Shown here one piece after another: positions 35,732 through 44,683 of a stretch of DNA of 64,000 nt. The stretch's first letter is position 1. The number at the start of each line of letters is the position of its first letter. Origin of the DNA: Myxococcales bacterium. Lineage in GTDB: Bacteria; Myxococcota_A; Polyangia; Polyangiales; Polyangiaceae. The DNA is taken from the NCBI GenBank assembly GCA_043747615.1, contig JAYTOU010000035.1, positions 1 through 64,000 of the forward strand, read 5' to 3'. The notes under the pieces were generated by a model, which ran no database searches, was not told the origin of the DNA, and saw only the letters and a program-made list of their open reading frames with translations. Position numbers and translations under genes: made by a program.

Positions 35732-36154
35732 TTAGGTCGTAGGCGGGAGCGGGGGCTTCGTCTTCTTCATGGCGCGGAGCTGGGAGAGACGAACGATGGC
35801 TCGGACTTGCCGGACGAGCGCCTCGTCGTCCCCTTTTCCGGTGAGTACCCCGTCGAAGCCGAGCGCGCGAAAATCGAGCGTGGTGTCCGAGCTGTAGAGA
35901 TAAAAGAGGCAGGAATGCGCCTTTTTCTTGTCGCCCTCGGCGCCGCGAAGGGAGGCCATCACCGTGCCGCCGTCGATCCCGGGCATGTGAAAATCGATGA
36001 TCACCAGATCGCAGGTCGGGATGTGGCGCGCGTTTCCGACTGCCCGTGACGTGGTGGTGACCTCGTAGCCCTCCGCCTCGAGCGCGCGCTTCGTGCGGTC
36101 GAGCAGGACTTCACTGTCGTCGATCACGAGAACGCGAAAACGAGCCGCTGCCAC
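35732..36154 (-). CDS. single-domain response regulator
   Basis: VLVIDDS, LVIIDFHMPGIDG, LTGK. Confidence 0.9.
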   Translation of the reverse strand: MAAARFRVLVIDDSEVLLDRTKRALEAEGYEVTTTSRAVGNARHIPTCDLVIIDFHMPGIDGGTVMASLRGAEGDKKKAHSCLFYLYSSDTTLDFRALGFDGVLTGKGDDEALVRQVRAIVRLSQLRAMKKTKPPLPPTT

Positions 36155-36173
36155 GGGCCCACCGTATCACGCC

Positions 36174-38360
36174 TCAAGGCTTCTTCAGGGCGCTGAGAAT
36201 CACCTGCGTCGAACGAAGTGGCATAGAGAACACTTTGATCTCGTAGCCCACGCTCGCGAGCTCCGCGCGCACGGCACCGAGCCCGACACCTCTGCCGGCG
36301 AGCCCGCCCGCCGCAGCCGAAGTGGTGAAGCCCGGCGTGAAGATGACCTCCGTTAGCTGCATCCCCGAGCTCATCGTGGTTCGCTTTGCAATTTCCCCGC
36401 TGTCGAGGCCGCCGCCGTCGTCTTCCACCTTGATCTCGGGACCGCCTGCGCCCTCCTTGGCCGAAAGGCGAATCACGCCGAACGCATTCTTTCCTCGGCC
36501 GGTTCGAACCTCCGGCAGCTCGATCCCATGGGCGACGGAGTTGCGTACGAGATGAGTGAGCACTGCCGGAAGAACGCGTGAGAGCTTCGCAGGCACCCGG
36601 CACTCGCGCCCGTCGACCTCTATTTGGACTTGCTTGCCTTCGTTTGCTGCCCAGGTGGGCGCGGAGTCGATGAGCGAAAGGGTGCACTCGCCGAACGGGC
36701 GCGCCGCCAACCGCTCGACGATCGCTCCGACCCGGTCGACGAACGCGCCTTTTTCGGTTCGCATCTGCGCGGCAAGCTCTTCGACGTCTGAGCGAAGGAC
36801 GGTGATCTGATCGAGCGCCGCCCTGCCGATGGGAGACGCCGCCACGAAAATCTCGGACGCCCGATTGACGCCCACACGCACGCGTTCGAGGTGAGCCAGG
36901 AGGTCGGGCACGGAGGTCACAGTGCTGACCACTCCGCGCGCGTTGTTGCGGAGGTCGGTTAGCTTGTCCTCGAGGGTGGTCGATTCCTGTTCGAGCTCGC
37001 GCATGTCGAAGGCGCGCGATTCACCCTTGATGGTATGAATGTGCCGAAAAACTTCGTCGATTTCAGATTTGAGCATTCCGCTCGATCCGCTCTTCACGAT
37101 GGCTTCGCAGCGTTCGATCCGCTCGCGCGCGCCATCCAGGAAGGTTACGAAAATCTGGCCCCCGCCGGCGACCAGTCGTCGCATCGCTGCGATCCGCCGG
37201 GCGTACTCTTCTTCTTGCGAGCGGACGACGCGCTCGAGATTTTTCTTTTCGCTCACGTCCGTCGCGAGGAGCATCACCTTGGCGAGCTTTCCGTTCTCGA
37301 CGATGGGCCGGAACTCCGTGGTCAAGAACGTCGACTTCGCGCCGACGGTGAACGCTACCTCCTTCGGCGCGAGCTCGCCGACCCGCGCCCACTCGCTCGG
37401 TGCAATCGAGAAGGCCACGGACAACCACTCGTCGAAAGCCTGAGCGTCGACGTCGTTCTGCGTGCGGTTCGGATAGAGAAGATCGCGCACGTCTTGCTCG
37501 ACGAGCGCCTCTTTGCCGAAGATCTTGGCGGCCTCGCGCGAGACCTCGCCCTCCACTTTCCCGTCCGCCCCGAAGGCCAAGATCGCTTGCTGCATGTGGT
37601 CGAAGAGCTCGCGAAGGCTCCGGGTGGCGGCCTCGATCTGCTCCTCGCGATCGGCGATGGCCTGCCCCATGGCGTTGAAGGCGTTCGCCAGCGCGGCGAT
37701 CTCGTCCTGCGAGGTGACCTCCACGCGCGCTTTCAGGTCGCCCATGCCGACGCGCCGCGCGGCGTTCGCGAGCTGCTCCACCGGCGAGACCACTTGCCTT
37801 CGCACGATGATGATCAAAAGAAGGGCTGTCACCGTCGTCAGCAGGAAAAAAAGCCAAAAAAGGCGGGCCCGACTGGCGTCGTATGCGGCGTTCTCGGCGT
37901 GGAGGGAAAAGACGACCAACGTGCGACCGAGGCGACCGCCCGGCCCCGTCACGACCCGCGCTACCTCCACGCGGTCGGCGAGGACGAGGGTCTTTCCCAG
38001 GTCTTCTTCCTTCGGTCCGATCAGCTCCGCGCACCTCTCGTCCCGAAAGGCGGCAATCGGCTTGGAGTCGTTCGCGTTCCACACCGCTGCGCACTCCACG
38101 TCGTAGCTCTTGGCGAACTCCCGAATGTCCGCGTCGATGGCGTCGGTGTCTGCGAAGTCGAGAGGAGCAGAGACGGCGGCCGCAAAGAGATCGGCCACGA
38201 TGGAGGCCGCAGTCTGCTTTGAGCGAAGCAAGCTCTCTCGCTCCCGCGTCGTGAGCTCGACGAACAGGAGCGCGGAGGAGATGACGAGAATGGAGACGAC
38301 CGCGAGCGTCAGCCGCGTGCCCAAGGCCAGGGCAAAGCGGGGGCGGCTCGTCGTCGACAT
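36174..38360 (-). CDS. membrane-bound HAMP/PAS-like/Hpt/HATPase (CheA-like) histidine kinase
   Basis: Two TMs around a periplasmic domain; HAMP (PVEQLANAARRV..GDL..DEIAALANAFN); Hpt FRHIHTIKG; HLVRNSVAHGIE, EDDGGG, GRGVGL. No CheW domain. Confidence 0.88.
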   Translation of the reverse strand: MSTTSRPRFALALGTRLTLAVVSILVISSALLFVELTTRERESLLRSKQTAASIVADLFAAAVSAPLDFADTDAIDADIREFAKSYDVECAAVWNANDSKPIAAFRDERCAELIGPKEEDLGKTLVLADRVEVARVVTGPGGRLGRTLVVFSLHAENAAYDASRARLFWLFFLLTTVTALLLIIIVRRQVVSPVEQLANAARRVGMGDLKARVEVTSQDEIAALANAFNAMGQAIADREEQIEAATRSLRELFDHMQQAILAFGADGKVEGEVSREAAKIFGKEALVEQDVRDLLYPNRTQNDVDAQAFDEWLSVAFSIAPSEWARVGELAPKEVAFTVGAKSTFLTTEFRPIVENGKLAKVMLLATDVSEKKNLERVVRSQEEEYARRIAAMRRLVAGGGQIFVTFLDGARERIERCEAIVKSGSSGMLKSEIDEVFRHIHTIKGESRAFDMRELEQESTTLEDKLTDLRNNARGVVSTVTSVPDLLAHLERVRVGVNRASEIFVAASPIGRAALDQITVLRSDVEELAAQMRTEKGAFVDRVGAIVERLAARPFGECTLSLIDSAPTWAANEGKQVQIEVDGRECRVPAKLSRVLPAVLTHLVRNSVAHGIELPEVRTGRGKNAFGVIRLSAKEGAGGPEIKVEDDGGGLDSGEIAKRTTMSSGMQLTEVIFTPGFTTSAAAGGLAGRGVGLGAVRAELASVGYEIKVFSMPLRSTQVILSALKKP

Positions 38361-38400
38361 GGAGCTCATGGTACATTTTGCGAAGCGCACGGAGGGATGC

Positions 38401-39003
38401 TTGCGAACGGTCCGGCAAAGAACTCGACTGACCCAAGGGCTGAAAAGAGTCTTGGCCGCGGCCTTGGTCGGCGTTTGCGGCGCTTTTGCGCCGGTGGCGG
38501 AGGCGGGCCCGCTCCCCACGGAATCTGCGGCGAAGCTCCTCGTCAAAGCGGCTCGCTACGACAAGAACTTTCTCCATCGCGCGGGCGATCGCGTGCGCGT
38601 GATCCTCGTCTTCAAACCCGACGATCGCGCTTCCGTGTCCGCCGTGGCGGAGATGCAAGCCGCGCTCACCGCGTTCCCGGAGATCGACGGCGTTCCCCAC
38701 GACGAGACCATCCATGCCTACGACGGCGCGCCGGAGCTCGCCGCAACCTGCCGCGCGAATCGTGCCTCGATCGTCTACATTTCAACCGGCTTCAGCGGCG
38801 ACATCGGTGACATTCGCTATGCCCTCGACGGCATCGACATCCTCTCCGTCGCTGCCAATCCAGAGGACGTGGCGCAAGGGCTCGTGCTCGGTTTCGATCT
38901 CGTGGCGGGCAAGCCGAAGCTTCTCGTTCACCTGAGCCAAGCGCGTCGGCAGAACGTAGCCTTCATGGCCGACTTCCTGAAGCTCTCGAAGGTCTACAAC
39001 TGA
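38401..39003 (+). CDS. YfiR/HmsC (DUF4154) family periplasmic protein
   Basis: Signal peptide; LLVKAARYDKN; GLVLGFDLVAGKPKLLVHLSQARRQNVAF...FLKLSKV. Start uncertain (38359-38440). Confidence 0.75.
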   Translation: MRTVRQRTRLTQGLKRVLAAALVGVCGAFAPVAEAGPLPTESAAKLLVKAARYDKNFLHRAGDRVRVILVFKPDDRASVSAVAEMQAALTAFPEIDGVPHDETIHAYDGAPELAATCRANRASIVYISTGFSGDIGDIRYALDGIDILSVAANPEDVAQGLVLGFDLVAGKPKLLVHLSQARRQNVAFMADFLKLSKVYN

Positions 39004-39025
39004 CGAGACCAGAATTGCGAGGTTG

Positions 39026-39034
39026 TGGCATAAT
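39026..39034 (+). promoter_or_regulatory. extended -10 promoter candidate TGgCATAAT
   Basis: 13 bp upstream of ATG 39048, at the head of the DUF2203-folE operon. Confidence 0.4.
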
Positions 39035-39047
39035 CGCCGGCGCTGCC

Positions 39048-39266
39048 ATGACGGACGTGCACGTGTTCACGCTCGAAGCTGCAAATGCGCTCGTTCCGAA
39101 GCTTAACGTGATGGTGCGCGCACAACTCCTAACGCGTTTGGACACGCGCGTGTGGCTCTGCTGGAAGTACGGCGAGCCGGAGAGTGGTCGTTACCACGCG
39201 CTCGACGAAGGGCTCTCGTCCGGTCGCCCCATTGGCCACGACATCCGCCAACGGCTGCTCACCTAG
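39048..39266 (+). pseudogene. DUF2203-family gene with in-frame internal deletion
   Basis: FTLEAANALVPKL is joined almost directly to VWLCWKYGE...YHALDEG; the central coiled coil and KD...GLVDF block are missing (72 aa). Confidence 0.6.
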
Positions 39267-39273
39267 ATCCGAG

Positions 39274-39858
39274 ATGGCTGTTGACCGAGAAGCGGCGGCG
39301 CGTGCGATCGACGCATTTTTAAGGGCGATCGGCCGTGATCCGCTCGCCGACCGGGAGCTCGCAGGGACGGGGGCGCGCGTGGCAGATGCGTTCATCGACG
39401 AGCTCTGCGAGGGCTACGCCGTGAACGCGGCTGCCTTGATCGAGCGCGACCTCATCGCGGCTCCCGCGGCTCCTGGCGAGCTCGTCATCGTGCGCGACAT
39501 CGCCGTCTCGACGATGTGTCCGCACCACCTCCTTCCGGCGCAGGGATTTGCCCACGTGGCCTTTGCGCCGCGCGCGCGGGTCGTGGGCATTGGCGCCGTC
39601 GTGCGTCTCGTCGACGTCTTCGCGCACCGCCTTACGCTGCAGGAGGTCATCGGTCGTGAGGTCGTCGGCGCTCTCATGAAATCACTCGAACCTTCGTGGG
39701 CAGCGTGCCGTATCATTCTTTCGCACGCGTGCATGACGGCTCGAGGCGAGCGCAGGCACGGGGCGTCGGTGGAGACGTTTGCGTTCGAAGGCGGTGAAGA
39801 CGCGGCCCTCGCCTACGCGGCCCTTGGAGCGAAGCGCGAGAGCGAGGCCCGTTCGTGA
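39274..39858 (+). CDS. folE: GTP cyclohydrolase I
   Basis: STMCPHHLLP, RLTLQE, HACMTARGE. Confidence 0.9.
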   Translation: MAVDREAAARAIDAFLRAIGRDPLADRELAGTGARVADAFIDELCEGYAVNAAALIERDLIAAPAAPGELVIVRDIAVSTMCPHHLLPAQGFAHVAFAPRARVVGIGAVVRLVDVFAHRLTLQEVIGREVVGALMKSLEPSWAACRIILSHACMTARGERRHGASVETFAFEGGEDAALAYAALGAKRESEARS

Positions 39859-40538
39859 GCGTTGCAGTGGTGACCGGCGCGGGGCGAGGAATAGGCCGCG
39901 CCGTCGCACTCGAGCTTGCACGCCGGGGATACGACCTCGCGCTCCTCGGACGAACGGTGGAGGATCTCGCGCGCACCGCCGAGGAGATCACCGCCCTCGG
40001 CCGAAGAGCGCTCACGCTCGGCTGTGACGTCGCGCGCTCGGACCACGTCGCGGCCGCAGCCATCACGATTCACCGCGAGTTCGGCTCTCCGCGCGTCGTG
40101 GTGAACAACGCCGGCATCGCTCGACGTGCGCGTGTTGCCACGATGACCGAAGCAGACTGGGACGCAGTGATCGACGTGAACCTCAAAGGTACCTTCCTCG
40201 TCACCCGCGCGTTCCTGCCGAGCATGCTAGAAAAAGGGGAGGGAAGATGCGTCGCGATCGCCAGCATCTCAGCCACGTTCGGGACGCCGGAGCTCAGCGC
40301 GTACTGCGCGTCGAAATGGGGCGTGGTGGGCTTCACCAAAGCCCTCGCCGAAGAGCTCCGCGGCACAGGCGTTCAGGCGCTCTGCGTCTTACCCGGCTCG
40401 GTAGACACGGAGATGCTAAAAGAAAGCGGCTTTGCACCCCAGATGACCCCCGAGCACGTGGCCGGCGTCGTTGCCTACGCGGCTCTCGACGCACCGAGCG
40501 CCATGAATGGAAGCGCGATCGAAATCTTCGGCCCATGA
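39855..40538 (+). CDS. SDR family oxidoreductase
   Basis: TGAGRGIG, VNNAG, YCASK, PGSVDT. Confidence 0.92.
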   Translation: MSVAVVTGAGRGIGRAVALELARRGYDLALLGRTVEDLARTAEEITALGRRALTLGCDVARSDHVAAAAITIHREFGSPRVVVNNAGIARRARVATMTEADWDAVIDVNLKGTFLVTRAFLPSMLEKGEGRCVAIASISATFGTPELSAYCASKWGVVGFTKALAEELRGTGVQALCVLPGSVDTEMLKESGFAPQMTPEHVAGVVAYAALDAPSAMNGSAIEIFGP

Positions 40539-40551
40539 TGAGGAATCACCG

Positions 40552-41232
40552 ATGAGAAAACTAGAAAACAAGGATCTCGAAGGCCCGGCACGGCTTGAAG
40601 ACGCTCTCGACGAGCTTCCGATCTTTCCGCTCGGACAAGTGATCCTCTACCCGCGTGCGCTTCTTCCGCTCCATATCTTCGAGAAGCGTTACCGCACGCT
40701 CATCAAGGATTGCTTGTCCACGCATCGAGCGATGGCCATCGCGCTGGTGATGGATCCGGCGAACGTGGACGCCCATGGAAACCCAGCCATCGCCCAGGTG
40801 GCCGGCGCAGGCGTCATCGTCGAGCACCAGCTCCTTCCCGATGGACGCTACAACCTCCTCCTTCACGGAAGTGCCCGGGTTCGCCTCGAGGAGTTGCCGT
40901 TCGTTCCGCCGTACAGACGCGCACGAGCCACGATTTTACACGACGTGCACACGCCGGTGACCGCCGACAACCGCACCGCGCTCCTCGCTGCCGCCCACGC
41001 CTTTGCAGCCGAAGTGCACAAGCGCGATCCGAATTTTTCGCTGCACCTGCCTGCTGGAATCAACGTCAACACCTTCGCCGATTTGTGTGCGCATCACCTG
41101 GTGGTCGATGTCGTTGCTCGCCAGGCGATCCTCGAAGAGCTAGACGTCGCGCAGCGCGTTGAGAGGGTGATAAGAGAGCTCGCCCACCAGCAGAGCGCTC
41201 TGCTCCGGGACTCGGGCGGCGTGCTTCATTGA
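40552..41232 (+). CDS. LON peptidase N-terminal substrate-binding domain protein
   Basis: LPIFPL..VILYP..LLPLHIFEKRY, LPDGRYNLLL, RQAILEE. Confidence 0.9.
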   Translation: MRKLENKDLEGPARLEDALDELPIFPLGQVILYPRALLPLHIFEKRYRTLIKDCLSTHRAMAIALVMDPANVDAHGNPAIAQVAGAGVIVEHQLLPDGRYNLLLHGSARVRLEELPFVPPYRRARATILHDVHTPVTADNRTALLAAAHAFAAEVHKRDPNFSLHLPAGINVNTFADLCAHHLVVDVVARQAILEELDVAQRVERVIRELAHQQSALLRDSGGVLH

Positions 41233-41564
41233 AAAAATTCGTCGGGCGCGTGCCTCGTGCATCCGTTGAAAACGGCGAGCTCGTCCGGCTGACCTATCCC
41301 CCCTTCGACGTCACGGTCACCGTCGTCGACGGCGAGCCCTTCGCCATCGAAGACGCGTGCAACCACGCGGGCGCGAGCCTGGCGGAAGGCTCTTTGCGCG
41401 GCGAACGCATCGTCTGCCCGATGCACGGCTACGTATTTTCCCTCCGCAGCGGTGAGCTCCTCGCGCCGCGAGGTTTGTGCGATCGTCAGCGCACCTTCGA
41501 AGCCGTCTTCGAAGGCAACGACGTCGCCATCTACGATCACTTCAGCTTGCTGGTGACGCTCTAA
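41229..41564 (+). CDS. Rieske [2Fe-2S] ferredoxin
   Basis: CNHAGASL...CPMHG. Confidence 0.92.
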   Translation: MKKFVGRVPRASVENGELVRLTYPPFDVTVTVVDGEPFAIEDACNHAGASLAEGSLRGERIVCPMHGYVFSLRSGELLAPRGLCDRQRTFEAVFEGNDVAIYDHFSLLVTL

Positions 41565-41570
41565 ACGCCT

Positions 41571-44525
41571 CTACTCGAGGACGTCGACGTCGCTGGCGGG
41601 CATCGTGCGGTAGTTGTGGTCGACGTAGTCGATGACCTCGTCGAACCAGGACTCGAGCTTGGGTCCGTCGGGGCGCACCGAGTCGAGGTAGAAGGTGCCT
41701 CGGATGCACTCCGGTTTGCCGTTGGGCAGCACACGGCAGCGGCCGTCGACGTAAACCACGATGAACTTGGGGAGCCGCGTGGCGTACGAGCGCTGGCCGT
41801 CGTTCATGAAATTGTTCGTGATGAGGGCCACCGCCTCGAGATCGCGCGGATCCTGGCCGTAGCCGTGGAGGACGAACACCACCGGGTAGCGGACGTCGCG
41901 CGTGCGATTTTCGGCGAGCGCGTAGCCGGGCGGCAGAGTGACGGCGATGGGCCCCGTGCGGCCGGTCTTTGGGCCGGTGAAAATTTTCTCGCACCGCCCG
42001 CTTACTTCGCAGGTCGGGCCGAGCTCGTTCTGGGTGTCGCTCTCGGGATTGTTTGCCGTCGTTTCGGTGAGCGTGCGATCGGCGTCGGGCCAGCGCTGAG
42101 CGACGAAGTAGAAAGACGTCTCGAGGCGGTAAAGAAGCTGCGCCGCGGTGCCAACGTGCATTCCGTCGCCCTGCATGATTTGCAGAGGAGTGGCGTCGAC
42201 GTTGCCGTAGCGAATGCTGGGAGCGTCCGGCACGTCCGCCCAGCGGATGTCGGCCGGGACGTAGTTGTTCGGCTGCTTTATGTCTTCGCCGGGGAGGTAT
42301 TCGAAGTTGTTGAAGTAGGCAGTCGACTTGATCTGCCGTCCGTTTGCGCGCTTTCGACTGGCGATTGCGCCGCCCAGGTGACGCGCCACGGCGCCGAAGT
42401 TGAAGAGATCGCGCACGCCACCGTCGGTGAGAACATCGAAGCGGGTGAAGGCGTCGTCGTCGAATTTGCCGCCGGGTACGTTCGAGACCAGCTGATGAAT
42501 CAAGCTGTGAGGATCGATCTCGTACCAGTTCCGGAGCCCGTCGGACTCCGTGAATTTACCGTCGAGCTCGCCGACGTCGCCGCCCACGTGCCGGCTTGCG
42601 GTGTTAATTACGCCGTCCAGCCCATAGTCCAGATAGGGCTCACCGGCTTCGTGGCGATGATCGTTCTCGGTTCCGTCTGGATTGATCTGTGGCTCGTAGT
42701 CGTCTTGATTTGGGTCGGGATTGGTGACCGCGTCGTAGCCGGGCTCGCTCGCATCGGCGAGACCATCGACGCCCGTGTCGGTGAAGGGCTCGTGTCCGGC
42801 GACGATGACGGGCTCACCGAGATCGCGAAGGCCGTTCTTGTTCAAGTCCACGGCCATCGTGAAATCGACGGGGAACGCTTCGTCGGGCGTGGGGGGCACG
42901 AAGGTGTCGACGTAGGGGCTGACACCGTTCTGTCCGCCGTCGCAGAAGCTCACGACCTGCTTCGTTCCGTCCGGATTGAAGTTGCGGTCGAAGTAGTTGG
43001 TGGGCGCGATGTACGCGTTCGCCGGAGCGCACCTCGATGTGTTGCACTGCTTCTGGATCTTGGTTTGCTGATCGGATGCCGAATCGCGACTGATGGGATC
43101 GACCACGAAGCGGCAATCGACGCCCGCCGGCAAGTTCAGCCCGGTGGTATCGCCGTGAATCCAGGGATCGGTCGGAGCCGGCCCGGCCGCTGCGTATGCA
43201 ATCTCTGGATGCGAATTTCCGCCGAACGGATTGCCGCGCATGAGCGACAAGTCGGTGAGGAGCTGGATGTACTCGCTCCGCGGAAAGTGACCGCCGTTGC
43301 CGCCGCCCTCTTGGTACCAGAAGTGATCGAAGTCCTCGGTGTGGAAGAGAGGCTCGTTCGTGGGGTATGCGTTCGGCGCGTACTTCGTGCAGCTCGGCGA
43401 GCCGGCGGGGCAGAAGCTTTGCGTCAGCAAGTTCTCGATGTTCGACAGGAGGAAGGTCCAGTCCGTCGGTCCGCCGAGAGGTGCAATCGCATCGAAGCGA
43501 TTGTGGTACCGCGTGCCGAAGCTCGCCGCGCCGCCTGCTCCCATCGAAAAACCGATCACCGCGCGGTGCGTGAGGTGGCGGGTGTGATGAATCGATCCCG
43601 CGTCGCTCGCCGCTGCGGCCTGGTAGGTGCCGAACCACGGCGACGAGAACTTGAGGACGTAGCCATCCGAGCCCTCGGCTTTTTCGATGCGCGGATTTGC
43701 CACAGGGACGACTCGTGATCCTTTCACCATAGGCGAATGAAAGAGCACCTGCAGGTGCCGCATCCGCCCGGGCTGGGGCATCGCAGCGGGGTTCACCGGA
43801 ATCGCGAAATCGATTTCACGACGAAGCGACTTGCCCATCCCGAGAGGCGCCTTGGCGACGAAAGAGACGGCGGGCCCGAGGGCGATCGGCGCACCGGGTG
43901 CTGCAGCAGTGAGATCGCTGTCGCAGCCGATTTCCGCGGGGAACGTGGGGACGGCGGGGAGCTCTACGGTCTCGGTGAAGGCGAGCACTGGAATACTCAG
44001 CGCGGCATTCGCGAGATCTCCGGGGCCCTTGAGAATGGAATTGCTCGCACTGAGCGTCGCCGTCGCGGGCGAGCCCGGCGCGCAGGTGGGGGCGTTGCCG
44101 CTTCGCACTTCGACTGGCAACGCTGAATTCACCATCGTGCCGTCGAATGCGCGCACCATCGTAGCGGTGATGGTTGTCGTCCCAAGCGCATTGGCGGTGA
44201 CGTTGAAGTCGTAGGTGGCGTGCCGGAGATCGAACGATCCGCTCATGGGCGGGGATGCGATAGCGCCGTTGGCAGTTGCGAACGTGGCCTGGGTCGGCGT
44301 GCAGACGTCGGGGTCGACGATCATTCGCACGGGACGGGTCTGCCCCGGAGCAAGGACGAGCGCCGGCGGGTCGAAGTGAACCTTCAGCGGGGCCGCGTTC
44401 TGCGCGTCGCACGTTTCGCCGGGGTTGGGCTGCGGGCCGACAGGCGCCGGAGCGGCCACGGGGTTGGAGCTGCACCCGACGACGAGGGGCGCGAGGAGAA
44501 AAATAAGCGCGGTTTTCGTATTCAA
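41571..44525 (-). CDS. large lipoprotein with alpha/beta-hydrolase (esterase) motifs in permuted order
   Basis: Lipobox VVGC; RAVIGFSMGAGGA; DGGVRD; GDGMH; C-terminal LPPGY...YPVVFVLHGYG...IVVYVDG...YVDHNYRT. TTG start inferred. Confidence 0.75.
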   Translation of the reverse strand: MNTKTALIFLLAPLVVGCSSNPVAAPAPVGPQPNPGETCDAQNAAPLKVHFDPPALVLAPGQTRPVRMIVDPDVCTPTQATFATANGAIASPPMSGSFDLRHATYDFNVTANALGTTTITATMVRAFDGTMVNSALPVEVRSGNAPTCAPGSPATATLSASNSILKGPGDLANAALSIPVLAFTETVELPAVPTFPAEIGCDSDLTAAAPGAPIALGPAVSFVAKAPLGMGKSLRREIDFAIPVNPAAMPQPGRMRHLQVLFHSPMVKGSRVVPVANPRIEKAEGSDGYVLKFSSPWFGTYQAAAASDAGSIHHTRHLTHRAVIGFSMGAGGAASFGTRYHNRFDAIAPLGGPTDWTFLLSNIENLLTQSFCPAGSPSCTKYAPNAYPTNEPLFHTEDFDHFWYQEGGGNGGHFPRSEYIQLLTDLSLMRGNPFGGNSHPEIAYAAAGPAPTDPWIHGDTTGLNLPAGVDCRFVVDPISRDSASDQQTKIQKQCNTSRCAPANAYIAPTNYFDRNFNPDGTKQVVSFCDGGQNGVSPYVDTFVPPTPDEAFPVDFTMAVDLNKNGLRDLGEPVIVAGHEPFTDTGVDGLADASEPGYDAVTNPDPNQDDYEPQINPDGTENDHRHEAGEPYLDYGLDGVINTASRHVGGDVGELDGKFTESDGLRNWYEIDPHSLIHQLVSNVPGGKFDDDAFTRFDVLTDGGVRDLFNFGAVARHLGGAIASRKRANGRQIKSTAYFNNFEYLPGEDIKQPNNYVPADIRWADVPDAPSIRYGNVDATPLQIMQGDGMHVGTAAQLLYRLETSFYFVAQRWPDADRTLTETTANNPESDTQNELGPTCEVSGRCEKIFTGPKTGRTGPIAVTLPPGYALAENRTRDVRYPVVFVLHGYGQDPRDLEAVALITNNFMNDGQRSYATRLPKFIVVYVDGRCRVLPNGKPECIRGTFYLDSVRPDGPKLESWFDEVIDYVDHNYRTMPASDVDVLE

Positions 44526-44683
44526 AGCGACGGCAGAATAGACCAATCGCCGAACCAAAGATCCGGGAACGCTCAAAAAAAGTACCTGCGCAGAGGGACC
44601 GGGGGGGCAGCCACACTCCGCGCAGGCAAGACAACGTAGTGCAGCGACCGTGCCGTCGCTCCGATGAGACGCGAACGCTCGAA

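Noticed and set aside
35714..35735. Tandem AGCGCCCGTT x2 between convergent genes
   Set aside because: A single short duplication, most simply replication slippage; no other copies noticed.
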